A DNA stretch of 63,236 nucleotides, filler included, from Welwitschia mirabilis (lineage: Eukaryota): NCBI GenBank assembly GCA_051453625.1. It is 4 parts of one record of this genome, joined end to end, with 100 filler letters (N's around TTAATTAATTAA, not from the genome) between each part and the next. Parts side by side here need not be neighbours in the genome. Positions count along the whole stretch, not along the records: positions 22,761 to 51,424 come from JBOZIK010000001.1; positions 51,525 to 58,842 come from JBOZIK010000001.1; 2 more parts are not named here. One strand, 5' to 3'. Each line of letters opens with the position of its first letter. Positions within the stretch are counted from its first letter, which is position 1. This document shows positions 39,164 through 52,804 of the stretch, in pieces. The position numbers and the translations under genes are program-made. The notes beneath the pieces are model-generated. The model saw nothing but the letters and a program-made list of their open reading frames with translations, made no database searches and was not told the DNA's origin.

Positions 39164-40269
39164 CTTTTACCCTCATTATTCATAAATATTGTAAATAGAG
39201 TTGACATTATCATAATAACATTTACCAAGGATAATCATTCTTGACAAGAAATGTGTTTTGATGTATAAAGAATCTTTATTACTGTTAGAAGCTTGAAAAT
39301 GAACCTTTATAAAAATTAGTAATGATTAAGTCTATGTGCATGTGCGGTACTTCTAGTTAAATTTTCTAGCATAATTTTTATGTAATTATAATTTAGGTAA
39401 TATCTTTTTAGTAAGAATATCTTCTTATTTTCCATTATTTTTACTTAAAAAAAGGCTTATTACTTAGCATATTGCATAGGATTGTAATTTAACTTACATA
39501 NNNNNNNNNNNNNNNNNNNNNNNNNNNNNNNNNNNNNNNNNNNNNNNNNNNNNNNNNNNNNNNNNNNNNNNNNNNNNNNNNNNNNNNNNNNNNNNNNNNN
39601 CTATTTCTGTTATTGTTATTCATGTGTTTTCAAATCTAAAATTACTGCTATTTCAAAATATTTTTTAATCCTATTCAATCCCTCCCTAGGGTGCCTTTAG
39701 ATCCTAATACTTTTACCCTCAATATCCATAAATAGTATAAATAGAGTTGACGTTATCATAATAACGTTTACCAAGGATAGTCATTCTTGACAAGAAATGT
39801 GTTTTAATGTATAAAGAAATCTTTATTAGCCTTAGAAGCTTGAAAATGAACCTTTATAAAAATTAGTAATGATTAAGTCAATGTGCATGTGTGATACTTA
39901 TAGTTAAATTTTCTAGCATAATTTTTACATAATTATAATTTAGGTAATATGTTTTTAGCAAGAATGTCTTCTTGTTTTCCATTATTTTTACTTAAAAAAA
40001 AGGCTTATTACTTACCATATTACATAGGCTTTTAATTTAACTTACATATCATATGTGATTTCCTCCCTTGTTACAAAATGCTTAATGCCATTAATGAATA
40101 CTAATGTATGATTCTTATCATAAAAATTTCAATTTCTTAGTTAATTGATTAAACCCACTTGAGATATCTATGCATAGAATTATAAACATTCATTCCTCCT
40201 AGTTTTAAATAGATAAACTAAAACAAAAATTAAGAGCCATTTTGTAACATTCTCTTATAATTCTTAAGG

Positions 40270-40930
40270 ATTATTACATGATATTCATTGTGAATATAAT
40301 ACATGGAATTGGAGAAGATCTTCTAGAAGAATAGGTAATACATAAAGTTATTAGATCAATAGCCTTTGATTATAGACCCAAAACTATAACTATGAAAGAG
40401 TCTAAAGATTTCAATACAATAAAGATAAAAGAACTACAAAGTGCTTTTATAGCATGTGAAATGAATCTCATAAAATATGGAGCATTAGAAGAAAAACATA
40501 TTACACTTAAAGCAAGTCAAAGCATGAATCAAAGATCAAAAGGTAAACCAAAGAAAGAATAGAAAAAAAAAGACTCTAATGATGAAAATGAGGAACTTGC
40601 TTTTATTACAAAAGGAGTAAAGAGATTTCTTACTCACAGACATAACAAAAGGGAGGACTTCAAAAATTCTAGTTTTCTAGCCAAAGGTAGGTTAAAGTAA
40701 GTTTTTTAATAATGCTTCTTTTTCTAATATTTTAAAAGTAGAATGTTGGATACGTGGAGGATGAGGACATATAGCCTCAGAATGTCCTACTTCTAATAGA
40801 TTACAGGATAAGGAATAAAATAAAAAGTTAAAGAAGAAGAAATCATTCTTTATAAAATGGGATGATGATAAAGAGGCAATAGAAGAAGAAACTTCTAATG
40901 ATGAGAAAGAACATCCTTCTTACATGGCTT
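40270..40930 (+). pseudogene. Isolated copia gag fragment (3' part duplicated at 41149-41485)
   Basis: IVNIIHGIGEDLLEE*VIHKVIRSI..DYRPKTITMKESKDFNTIKIKELQ, then a knuckle remnant CWIRGG*GHIASECP (~40744) and FIKWDD. Confidence 0.75.
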
Positions 40931-41989
40931 TATACTTAAGAAATACATACGAAGCTAAATTCCACTTTTTAACCAAGATTTTCCAAAATTAGATATCATA
41001 AGAATATACGTTCTAAATCAACACACTCAAAATAAGTGTACTTTTCCTNNNNNNNNNNNNNNNNNNNNNNNNNNNNNNNNNNNNNNNNNNNNNNNNNNNN
41101 NNNNNNNNNNNNNNNNNNNNNNNNNNNNNNNNNNNNNNNNNNNNNNNNAACTTGCTTTTATTACAAAAAGAGTAAAGAGATTTCTTACTCACAAACATAA
41201 CAAAAGGGAGGACTTCAAAAATTTTAGTTTTCTAGCCAAAGGTAGATCAAAGTAAGTTTTTTAATAATGCTTCTTTTTGTAATATTTTAAAAGCAAAATG
41301 TTGGATACATGGAGGATGAGGACATATAGCCTCAGAATGTCCTACTTCTAATAGATTGCAGGATAAGGAATAAAATAAAAAGTCAAAGAAGAAGAAATCA
41401 TTCTTTATCAAATGGGATGATGATAAAGAAGTAACAGAAGAAGAAACTTCTAATTATGAGAAAGAACATCCTTCCTACATGGCTTTAGACTTAAGAAATA
41501 CATACAAAGGTAAATTCCACTTTGCTAACCAAGATTTTCCAAAATAAGATATCATAAGAATATACGTTCTAAAACATCACACTCAAAATAAGTGTACTTT
41601 TCCTTAAAAATGCATAAGTAAACTCTATCTTAACCATTACTTAAGTGATAGTGAGATCACTTATTATTGATTTTTATTTAAGGATCATTAACCTAGATTA
41701 GTAAGTCTCAGAAACTCATAGATTAATGACTTATATGGATGATTTATGGCTTAATGAAGTGATTTAAAAATGGATTTGATAAATGGCAAGGTTTGAAAGG
41801 GTGATGGAATGAGTGATAATGATGTGGAGGGGTGCTTATGAGAAAATCATCCTTAGGCAAAACATGCATTTTTATAGGATGATTTATTGCAAAAAACTCA
41901 AAACAGTTATGAATATGAAGTTCAAAGTCAGGAAATGGGTAATCAGATGATGGTGGAGAATGGAAAATATTTGGCTTAAGAGGAAAACA

Positions 41990-42480
41990 TTTGAAGTCGC
42001 ATGTTTTATTAACCTCTTTGGGATCATTTGGTAATTTCATTATGTTAAACATATTTAGATTCATAGTCATTTTGTTAAATGATATCTCCGTTTGAACATT
42101 CCTACAATTTATTAAGGTATTTGAAGTTGCAAGAAAAGGTTATTCTAAAATGATGAATACTAAATTGTATTTTGTTACATCCATTTTTAAAACTATGAAG
42201 TCAATCGAAAAATAGCAGTTATTAACTTGAAATACTATGTCCTCAACTATTTCTAAAGATAAATTCACAAATTTGTATATCAATGATGATTGAATTTTAG
42301 TGTATTTTAAATCATTTAAGCCAAGTCCTTGTAAATGTAATGGGTGAAATATTAGCACTTACTCCCAAATCTAACAAGGCTTACTTAATATTTTTATTTC
42401 CAATTGTAATACCTATCATGGAGTAGCCTGAATCTTTATACATAAGTATTATTATATGTTATTATACAATATTTACAAAA
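41990..42480 (-). pseudogene. Athila-type aspartic protease region remnant
   Basis: YKDSGYSMIGITIG...ALLDLGVS, then LGLNDLKYT..IVEDIVFQVNNCYFSIDFIVLKMD...IILE*PFLATSNTLINCRN...MTMNLNMFN. Confidence 0.8.
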
Positions 42481-45400
42481 AAAAGTACACCACACTCTTC
42501 TTCTATTTTTCATTTACATTATGTATTGGAACCTTTAGATAACCTAATTTGTAGGATGTGAGCATTAATAAACTATTCATTTGAGAATTATGATGGCTAT
42601 AATCCTTAAAAACATATAATAACTAATAATAATTTTTNNNNNNNNNNNNNNNNNNNNNNNNNNNNNNNNNNNNNNNNNNNNNNNNNNNNNNNNNNNNNNN
42701 NNNNNNNNNNNNNNNNNNNNNNNNNNNNNNNNNNNNNACTAATAATAATTTTTTTAAAGACTATTTAAAGAATGAAGCTCACAACCACCAATTACCTCAA
42801 ATTATGGTGTAGTGTATAATTCGATAACATTGACAATACTGTCATTTTTATGTTCCACGACCAACTTCTACTAGTTGTTTCTAATAATTAAGAATAAAAC
42901 ATTACATAAAATTTTGTTACATGATTAACTATGCTATTTCTATTAAAAGAAAGGATATCAAGACAATTGAACTTAGGTAAGGGCCCTATCTCATTGGTGA
43001 TTTCCTTGTGATTAGGAGTTCAAATACCCATAAAGAACATTGTCTTAGATGAGTTTCTTCTTTAAAACTCTTTTTTTTTTTTATTTTTATCATTTNNNNN
43101 NNNNNNNNNNNNNNNNNNNNNNNNNNNNNNNNNNNNNNNNNNNNNNNNNNNNNNNNNNNNNNNNNNNNNNNNNNNNNNNNNNNNNNNNNNNNNNNACTCT
43201 TTTTTTTTTTTTATTTTTATCATTTTAAAAGACAACCAAAATAGGTTCCTTGGCCTTTTAACTTATGGGACACGTCCTTCACCATACCATGGAATCTAGA
43301 AACTCCATGGTTAAGCGTACCTAGTGTGGAGCACAACTGAGATAGGTGATCTCCTGAGAAGTTCCACCTACAAATATAAACTAGGACCTCTACCATAGTT
43401 ATCAGGCCCATGGATAATCTTATAAAATTTCAAAATTTGATAGATTAACTCTTCTTCACAGCATTCACCATAGCATTTATAAAAAAGAAAGGGACTCATT
43501 TTTTTTCAAAATGGATTTTAGTCCTTTGATAAGATCTTGTTACACGAGGATAATCCTAAACCCTATACTTTTTTGGCTTCGCTGAAAAAATCCCATACTG
43601 ATCCTAGTTATTTCAGAACCAATAATGTAATCACATAATCCTTCTAAACTTAAAAACTTTATTAAACATTTCATAGAGATTCTAGTTTGATCAGAGTAGT
43701 TAGGAGATCTTGGCCTTTCCCACCCTGATGCTTTCCATCTGTTACATGCGACATTACTTAATTTTTGTCTTTATGTTTTCTAAATTAAGAATTTAAAATT
43801 TTAATTTTTCTACTTACTATTAGGATGACCTCTATTTAAATGATTAATCTCCTTGTTGTATTCCAAGATCTAAAATTCAGAAATCCAAAAGCATGCCTAA
43901 AAGCACTTTGTGCATTCTTGTGTCTCTTTGTTTTTTCCTTAGAATTTGTTTTTGCTTTTAACTATAATAATTTTTTTCTTTCTTCACTGTAGCACATGAT
44001 TCTTGTAAATTTTTTAAAGTCCTAAATTTCAGAGACCCTAGTATCAATGTGTGGATGATAAGTTTATTTTTGTAAAGTCATTAAACAACAAAGTATAGAG
44101 GAGTTTTGAAAGTAATGAGGCTTAAAGGAAGAGACAAAGCAGAGACATTGTTAGCCAGAGAAGGGCACATAGTAAGTAGAACCAATATGAGTTTCAGAAG
44201 ATTTAGCTAAGATTTACAGAGGGTTTAGCCATCTTGGGAGCCCAAGAGTGTTTATTAGTCTCTGAAACCTATCTAGTATGGCTATTCTAGAGAATAACAA
44301 AGGCTAACTTTTTCTCTTTTTGAAAAGATATCAAATTTTTAATGATTTTACAAAGACTATTAATACTTTATGGTTACTAAGATTATTAGTACTTTGCAAC
44401 TGTTGCAGTGCTACTTATAGAGAGATGCTTAGGTTANNNNNNNNNNNNNNNNNNNNNNNNNNNNNNNNNNNNNNNNNNNNNNNNNNNNNNNNNNNNNNNN
44501 NNNNNNNNNNNNNNNNNNNNNNNNNNNNNNNNNNNNATATTTCAAGATTTAAAATTTAGAAATCTAAAAGCATGCCTAAAAGCACATTGTGCTTTCTTGT
44601 GTTTCTTTGTTTTTTTCTTAGAATTTGTTTTTGCTTTTAAGTATTATGTTTTTTTTTTAATTTCTTCACTGTAGCACATGATTCTTGTAATTTTTTTAAA
44701 GTCCTAAATTTCAGAGACCCTAGTATCAATGTGTGGATGATAACGGGAAAAACACTCATTGTATCAAATAATATAGAGTAATGCTAAAATAGTACATTAA
44801 AATATGGAGTAAAATGATAAGCTTAGTTTTGTAAAGTCATTAAATAACAAAGTATAGAGGAGTTTTAAAAGTAATAAGGCTTAAAGGAAGAGACAAAGCA
44901 GGGACATTGCCAGCCAAAGGAGGGCACATAGGAAGCAGAACCACTATGAGTTCCAGAAGATTCAACTAAGATTTGCAGAGGGTTTAGCTAACTTGGGAGG
45001 CCAAGAGAGTTTATCTGTCTCTGAAAGCTATGTAGTATGGCTATTCTAGAGAATAACAAAGACTAAATTTTGCTCTTTTTGGAAAGATATCAAATTTTTT
45101 ATCATTTTACAAAGATTATTAATGCTTTATGGTCACTAAGATTATTAATACTTTGCGACTGTTGCAACACTACTTGCAGAGAGATGCTTAGATTAAATAG
45201 TGGGCTAAGGGCTCTCTATCCTAAGAGAAGATATTGCAGGCAAAATGCTCAAAAATGTCACAAAAATTGCAATAAGCTCATGTCGAGTAGGCAATTCCCA
45301 TTTCTTACATTCGTTCTTACACAGTAAGAACCTTTATCATGGACTCCAAAAGGAGGGAAGGACTTTGAGACAGTGAGATATTTTTCAAAGGAATAGAAAT

Positions 45401-48400
45401 GGTTGGCTTAAAAGGAGCCAAGGAATCTCTAGAATTCTCTAAAATGAATGAGAAGGTGGACTAGAGATTCCTGTGTTTGAGTGAAGGCATAATCCACAAA
45501 ACTCACCATCCCATTAGAAAGTCTTAAGGATAAGAAAGACAAATTGAGAAAGACCCTTTTATTCTTTATGTCAAAAATTAACTAATTTAAGAGTCAAAAT
45601 AGGGGACTGGTAGATAAGAGCCCTATGGGAAAGGAATTTGGATGTCATATGGTAAGCTAAAGATTATCCATCTAGTGTTTCCAGATTTGCTTGATAACTA
45701 CAGAGCCATGGATAGATGTAATTCTGCGAGAGAGTGCCCCAACAAATCAGTCAAGGTAAAAGTGTAATAGGTCTATTTTTTGCATGGCCTCCTAAATTCC
45801 CCTCTGAAGGAAAAATTTCTGTTGTCGAGCATCTAAGGTGATTGGTCGAAACCATATAATCACTTGAAATTGACTTTGGTAATAAACGTCTGGTATGTAC
45901 AAGTTACTCTACTCTTTTGGAGTTGGCAATAAAACTAGACTAATAGGATCGAGAACCCTAGAGGGGGGTGAATAGGTTCTTTTAAAAACTAATGCCCAAA
46001 ATAAGATTAAATCTATCTAAGCACATTTTAAATATTAAAATAATAAAATCAAGAATTATGTATATAAAAATGGAAAACTAAAAGTAAAAAATCAAAAGAC
46101 AAACAAGTACAGACTATCAATTGTAATGCACATTGGATTTATAGTGGTTTAGGAACTCCCCTGCTCCACTCTCGACAATCATCTTCTTCCAATCTTAATC
46201 TTAGATCTTTGATACTCCACATGTTTTCTTAGGTTCACCTGTAATCCTTACAAGTGGACTTTTACAGGGTAAGTCTTAACCTAAACAACGGACTTTTGCA
46301 GGCTAAGTTTCAACCTTAATAATAGACTTTTGCAGGCTAAGTCTCAACCNNNNNNNNNNNNNNNNNNNNNNNNNNNNNNNNNNNNNNNNNNNNNNNNNNN
46401 NNNNNNNNNNNNNNNNNNNNNNNNNNNNNNNNNNNNNNNNNNNNNNNNNGATTTATAGTGGTTTAGGAACTTCCCTACTCCACTGTCAACAATCAGCTTC
46501 TCCCAAGCTTAGTCTTAGATCTTTGATACTTCATAGGTTTTCTCAAGTTCACCTGTAACCCTTACAAGTGGACTTTTATAGGCTAAGTCTCAACCTTAAC
46601 AATGGACTTTTGTAGGCTAAGTTTCAATCCTAACAATAGATTTTTGTAGGCTAAGTCTCAACCGTGGAAAGTAATGGATGTGATGTANNNNNNNNNNNNN
46701 NNNNNNNNNNNNNNNNNNNNNNNNNNNNNNNNNNNNNNNNNNNNNNNNNNNNNNNNNNNNNNNNNNNNNNNNNNNNNNNNNNNNNNNNNNNNNNNNNNNN
46801 NNNNNNNNNNNNNNNNNNNNNNNNNNNNNNNNNNNNNNNNNNNNNNNNNNNNNNNNNNNNNNNNNNNNNNNNNNNNNNNNNNNNNNNNNNNNNNNNNNNN
46901 NNNNNNNNNNNNNNNNNNNNNNNNNNNNNNNNNNNNNNNNNNNNNNNNNNNNNNNNNNNNNNNNNNNNNNNNNNNNNNNNNNNNNNNNNNNNNNNNNNNN
47001 NNNNNNNNNNNNNNNNNNNNNNNNNNNNNNNNNNNNNNNNNNNNNNNNNNNNNNNNNNNNNNNNNNNNNNNNNNNNNNNNNNNNNNNNNNNNNNNNNNNN
47101 NNNNNNNNNNNNNNNNNNNNNNNNNNNNNNNNNNNNNNNNNNNNNNNNNNNNNNNNNNNNNNNNNNNNNNNNNNNNNNNNNNNNNNNNNNNNNNNNNNNN
47201 NNNNNNNNNNNNNNNNNNNNNNNNNNNNNNNNNNNNNNNNNNNNNNNNNNNNNNNNNNNNNNNNNNNNNNNNNNNNNNNNNNNNNNNNNNNNNNNNNNNN
47301 NNNNNNNNNNNNNNNNAATCACAATGATTAAGCGCTTAGATCTAATTTGAATGAAGCTTTTGTACTAATGATTAATCTCCTCGATCAGATGTGAAGCAAT
47401 ACAATGATACACCAATGAAAAATACAACCTAATCTTTTAGATCTACAATGATTATGCCAAATAAGAATAGTGCCAAAAAGATTTCTAGGTCAACAATAGT
47501 ATAGTTATTTATAATGGAGGGCTACTAGGGTTTATTACAAATGAATTGCACCTCCAATGACTATAAATGATTAGAAAATAGTTAGGTAACGGCTAAGTAA
47601 TGGATACATAACATTTAGATATTTTACTTTTCTATGCCGTCCAATTGATCTTACAAAAATTTGGTTAACCCCATGAGAGCTTGGTTAACTTCATCTTAGG
47701 TCTGGTCAACCCCTTGCCTCTCGGTTTGGAACTATGGCCTATTAGCTTCTCAGGTTCAGTTAACCCCATGAAAATATGGTCGACCCCTTTCCTCTTAGTT
47801 TGGAACTATTGCCTGTTATTTCCTCAAATCTGGTTGACCCCATGAAAATCTAGTTGACTCCTCTTAGTTTATTCCAATTTACTTGTAATAGCTTCAAGTC
47901 CAGTCAACCCCTTTAGAATTTAGTTGACTCCTACTAGAGGATAACATATCTTAGTAGGTTTCTAGTGCATTTTTGGTCTAATTCTTTTACTACAAAACTT
48001 AATCTCATCTACACACAAGATATAACATCTTGCACTACACAAGAGATATTAATTTAACATCAATTGACAAATATAATCTAACAATCTCCCCCTTTGACAT
48101 TAATGGCAAACAAGTAACTGATTTNNNNNNNNNNNNNNNNNNNNNNNNNNNNNNNNNNNNNNNNNNNNNNNNNNNNNNNNNNNNNNNNNNNNNNNNNNNN
48201 NNNNNNNNNNNNNNNNNNNNNNNNCTCCTTTCCTCTTAGCTTGGAACTATTTCTTGTTAATTCCTCAAATCTGGTTGACCCCATGAAAATCTAGTCGACT
48301 CCTCTTGGTTTAGTCCAATTTACTTATGATAGCTTCAAGTCTAGTCAACCCCTTTAGGATCCAATTGACTCCTACTAGAGGTTAACATATCTTAGTAGGT

Positions 48401-49321
48401 TTCTAGTGCATTTTTGGTCCAATTCTTTTACTATAAAACTAAATATCATCTACACACAAGATATAACATTTTGCACTATATAAGATATATTAGTTTAACA
48501 TCAATTAACAAATATAATTTAACAATCTCCCCCTTTGACATTGATGGCAAACAAATAAGTCATTTTAAAATTTTAAACAATTTTAAGCTCATTCACTAGA
48601 TACTTTTAAACACATTAAAAGAGTAAAACTTCCCCTTTCATCAAGGCATATAATCATTTAATCAAAAGAGTAAAACATTTTTAAAATAATAATTTTCTTT
48701 TCTTATTCTCTCCCCCTTTGATTTAAAACTTCAAAATAGTACTTTGAAAAATTTTGAAAATACTACATCTTCTCTTCCCCTTTGATATCACTGGTAAATA
48801 AATATAAAACTTAGATATACAGCTAGAAGTATCAAGAATTTTTCTCCCCCTAACTTGACACCAAATGATAAAAAAAATGATAAGCCAAAATTTGATACAC
48901 ATGTAGGGCATTTAGAATAGATAATAATTTTGTGCTTTCAAATGTGATAAGTTTGCTTATGCACAATTTGAGAAAATACAATTATACCAAATAATAATGC
49001 AAAATGTGATCAAAAACACTTATTACAAATATTTTAGTTCATTTTTAATTAAGATAATGATTTAATTCTTTCCAAAAATAGGCACAAAATAGTTTTATGC
49101 TACAAACTGAGAAATACCAAAATGATGCAAAGATTGTACTCAAACAGATAACTAATTTTCATTAAGGAAACAAACCATTACAAGGATTATAACTAAAAAT
49201 AAAAAGTACTCATGAAGAGAATACATCTGAAAATTACAAAAACAAGCACAAATCTCTTCTTTTTTACAATAAAAGCAAAAGAGAAAGCATCAAAACATGA
49301 TTTGAAAGATAAAAAATTTAA

Positions 49322-50459
49322 TCTGATTCTTACTCTTTGTCTTCTTCCTCTTCAGATTCTTCTTTTGAATCTTCTTCATCTCCACCAGTATGAGCAGAGC
49401 TGGTACCTTTAGCTAAGGTATTTGAAATGTTATATCTAGCTATAATAAGTNNNNNNNNNNNNNNNNNNNNNNNNNNNNNNNNNNNNNNNNNNNNNNNNNN
49501 NNNNNNNNNNNNNNNNNNNNNNNNNNNNNNNNNNNNNNNNNNNNNNNNNNTGCTTCTTTTATGTGTATGATGCAGGAATCAATCTGTTTTAGATATGAAA
49601 GAGTCTCATCTGGAGATGTTGCCTTTAGAGTTTCAAAAGGAGATTTCTTTGAAGGGGTAAAAATATACATACAAGACAAAGTTACATTTCCAATGGGTAA
49701 CAAAGGCTAAAGATTCTCCAAATAAATATGAAGATTAACATGAAAATGTTAACATATTTTAGTGATAAGCACAGAGTAGGGTAGANNNNNNNNNNNNNNN
49801 NNNNNNNNNNNNNNNNNNNNNNNNNNNNNNNNNNNNNNNNNNNNNNNNNNNNNNNNNNNNNNNNNNNNNNNNNNNNNNNNNNNNNNNNNNNNNNNNNNNN
49901 NNNNNNNNNNNNNNNNNNNNNNNNNNNNNNNNNNNNNNNNNNNNNNNNNNNNNNNNNNNNNNNNNNNNNNNNNNNNNNNNNNNNNNNNNNNNNNNNNNNN
50001 NNNNNNNNNNNNNNNNNNNNNNNNNNNNNNNNNNNNNNNNNNNNNNNNNNNNNNNNNNNNNNNNNNNNNNNNNNNNNNNNNNNNNNNNNNNNNNNNNNNN
50101 NNNNNNNNNNNNNNNNNNNNNNNNNNTATTACTTTTATCCTTCTACCTAATATAAGGATTTCTAAAATCCTGGTATCACAGTTAAATTGAGCATTACAAT
50201 AAAACATTCTAGTAAGAAAAGGATAGGAAAGACCTGAAACATCTAAGAAATGATCCAGATTTTATTCTCTCAAGAGCTGGATGATATCCTTAAGTCCTCT
50301 AAGCTTAGATGTGGACAATGACCACTTCTGATACATAGCTTTCTTCTCAAACTTATTAGAGAACCTATCAATATCTTCTTCAGACATTCTATGATAGAAG
50401 TATAGAGGTTCCCTTGAAGCAACTTCTTTTGTACCTCTTCTTGAAGAGCCAGTAGCCAT
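49322..50459 (-). pseudogene. ORF2 (env-like) of element F
   Basis: MATGSSRRGTKEVASREPLYFY...SYPFLTRMFYCNAQF...ILGRRIKVI...LPYSVLITKIC*HFHV...PIGNVTLSCM...DETLSYLKQIDS, ending in an acidic tail. A few stops. Confidence 0.72.
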
Positions 50460-50984
50460 TCTAAGACCTTTGAAAAAAAGAAGACTGAGAAAAACACTGG
50501 ACCTGGTAGTAAGATCTCTAGATCTGAAAGGAAACTCACTAGATCTGAAGGCTTAGAGGCACTAGAACATAATGAAATCAAGCTAAGATTCTAATTCTTT
50601 GATAGATTAAGGGAAATAGGGCAGATTTGAGAAAGAAATCAGATCCATCGACTCTACTTTTACACTATAATCTATTAGGTCCGGTTAATCACTCAACCAT
50701 CTAGTTGACCCATCGAAACGCAGGTTTATAGTACTAAAAGAGGTCTGGGCGACTAGGCTCTTAGGTTAGTCAACTACCTACATCTAGTCGACCGAATCAT
50801 GAATCGAGTTAATTGCCCTGCAATCAGCTAAGAAATGGTATATTAACATTTATATCACTTTCATGATAGTTAAATTGATTATGATGACTTGGGGATTCAT
50901 CAGATTTGATAGAATNNNNNNNNNNATTTAGTTTTATGAAAATATTTTCTAAAATGTTGGTTGCATGAAATGATCAATTAGGTA

Positions 50985-51330
50985 ATTTAACATCTAATCT
51001 ATAAGCATTATCAATACATTTTGCACAAAAAATAACGACATTCATTTTCTCTTTTTAAAACTATGCATTTCAATTTATCAAAGACTGTTTTATGCCTTTT
51101 TCCACAAAGTTGACTAATACTTAATAAATTATGTTATAAACCATTAATATAAAGCACATTATCAAGGTTAGATGACATACCTCTTTTAATGCTTCCTGTA
51201 TCTTCTATTTTTGTTGTTTGGTTGTTTCTAAAAACAATGTCTTCTCCATTTATGCTCTTCAGGTTCTAAAACCTTGATTTATCTCCTATCATATGCATTA
51301 AACAACTACTATCTAAATACCAACTATTTA
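50985..51330 (-). pseudogene. Aspartic protease remnant of element F
   Basis: WYLDSSCLMHMIGDKSRF...VLYINGL*HNLLSISQLC...DNAYRLD, followed directly by non-coding DNA. Confidence 0.8.
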
Positions 51331-51424
51331 AATGTCATCCCCTAAAATCTATTTGAGTCAAAAAGCTTTAAGGCTTATTAGGTTTAACCCACTTAGTCTT
51401 CTTTGACTTAGGTGATACATTTTT

Positions 51425-51524
51425 NNNNNNNNNNNNNNNNNNNNNNNNNNNNNNNNNNNNNNNNNNNNTTAATTAATTAANNNNNNNNNNNNNNNNNNNN
51501 NNNNNNNNNNNNNNNNNNNNNNNN
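51425..51524. other. Artificial scaffold linker 44N-TTAATTAATTAA-44N
   Basis: 12-mer at 51469-51480. The flanks belong to different elements on opposite strands. Confidence 0.95.
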
Positions 51525-52804
51525 GTACTCAAAGTACACCTTATGAGCTATGGAATGGTAAGAAGCCTATGGTTAAATACTTTAGAGTTTTTGGGAGTAA
51601 ATGCACTATTCTAAGTGACAAAGATCCAAGTAAATTTCAGCCTAAAGGTATGCATGGTGTCTTTTTTGGTTATTCTTCAAAAAGCAAAGCTTATAGAATC
51701 TTTAATAATGATTCAAATAAAGTTGAAGAATCAATACATGTGAAGGTTATAGAGACTAACAGTGAAAGCAGGGTGAAAAAAGATAAAGAAGATGACTCCA
51801 TACATACCTATGACAATGATGCTCAAAGCAGTCATCAAGACATGCCAAACAAAGTTGATGAAGGATAAAACAATGAGAATCCTGAGATCACTACTTTTCA
51901 AAAATGTACAACCCTTCCCCTCAGAACTAAAAGGGATCATCCAACTGACCAAACATTGGGAATCCAGAATCAGGAATAAGTACCAGACAAGGTACGACTA
52001 ACATTTGTGCTCATTTCTGTTTTGTATCACATATTGAGCCTAGAAATATAGCTGAAGCAGAACAACATGAGTAACGTATAGAAGCTATGCAAAAGGAACT
52101 ATTGTAGTCCAAGAGGAATGGAGTTTGGAACTTAGTTCTAAAACCAAATGTTAAGCATATTATTGGTACTAAATGGGTATTTAAGAATAAGTTGGATGAA
52201 ACAGGTACCATAGTGCAAAACAAGGCAAGGTTGGTGGCTCAAGGCTATAGTCAAAAAGAAGGTATAGACTACGGTAAGACCTCTGCCCCAATAGCTAGGC
52301 TTGAGTCCATTAGACTGTTGTTAGCTTATGCATGTCCATGAACATTAAGCTATCTCAAATGGATGTGAAAAGTGCTTTCCTCAATGGTTACATAGAAGAG
52401 GAAGTCTTTGTCAAACAACCACCTGTTTTATTGAGGCCAACTATCCTGAACATGTTTTCAAACTCAAGAAGGCATTGTATGGCCTTAAACAGGCTCCGAG
52501 AGCTTGGTATGAGAGGCTGTTACAATTTTTGTTAGAGCATGGGTTTAAAAGTGGTAATGACATTCTCATCTTGCAAATTTATGCTGATGATATAGTTTTT
52601 GGTGCAACCAATAAGAAGCTAACAATGGAATTTTCTAAGACCATGAAAAAGGAATTTGAGATGAGTATGCTTGGAGAGCTCAATTTTTTCTTAGGCTTGC
52701 AGATCAAACAGCTCAAAGATGGAATTTTTCTAAGTCAATCAAAATATGTTAAAGAGCTCTTGATGAAGTACAAGTTTGACCAAGCCAAAGAGGTTGGTAC
52801 TCCC
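51525..52804 (+). pseudogene. Element E: copia integrase C-terminus and RT fragment, interrupted at 52805 by an LTR
   Basis: [98 protein letters not shown]. Coding similarity stops at GTP|TGTTG. Confidence 0.92.

Larger units (their letters stand above)
45941..51424 (-). mobile_element. Element F: second copy of the pol-less family B (3' LTR 45941-48524, multi-PPT, ORF2, PR), cut by a scaffold linker
   Basis: LTR terminus TAATAGGATCGAGAACCCTA as at 27114. Five PPT-like tracts at 48525-48852. Same PR-spacer-ORF2 order as element B. Confidence 0.85.
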
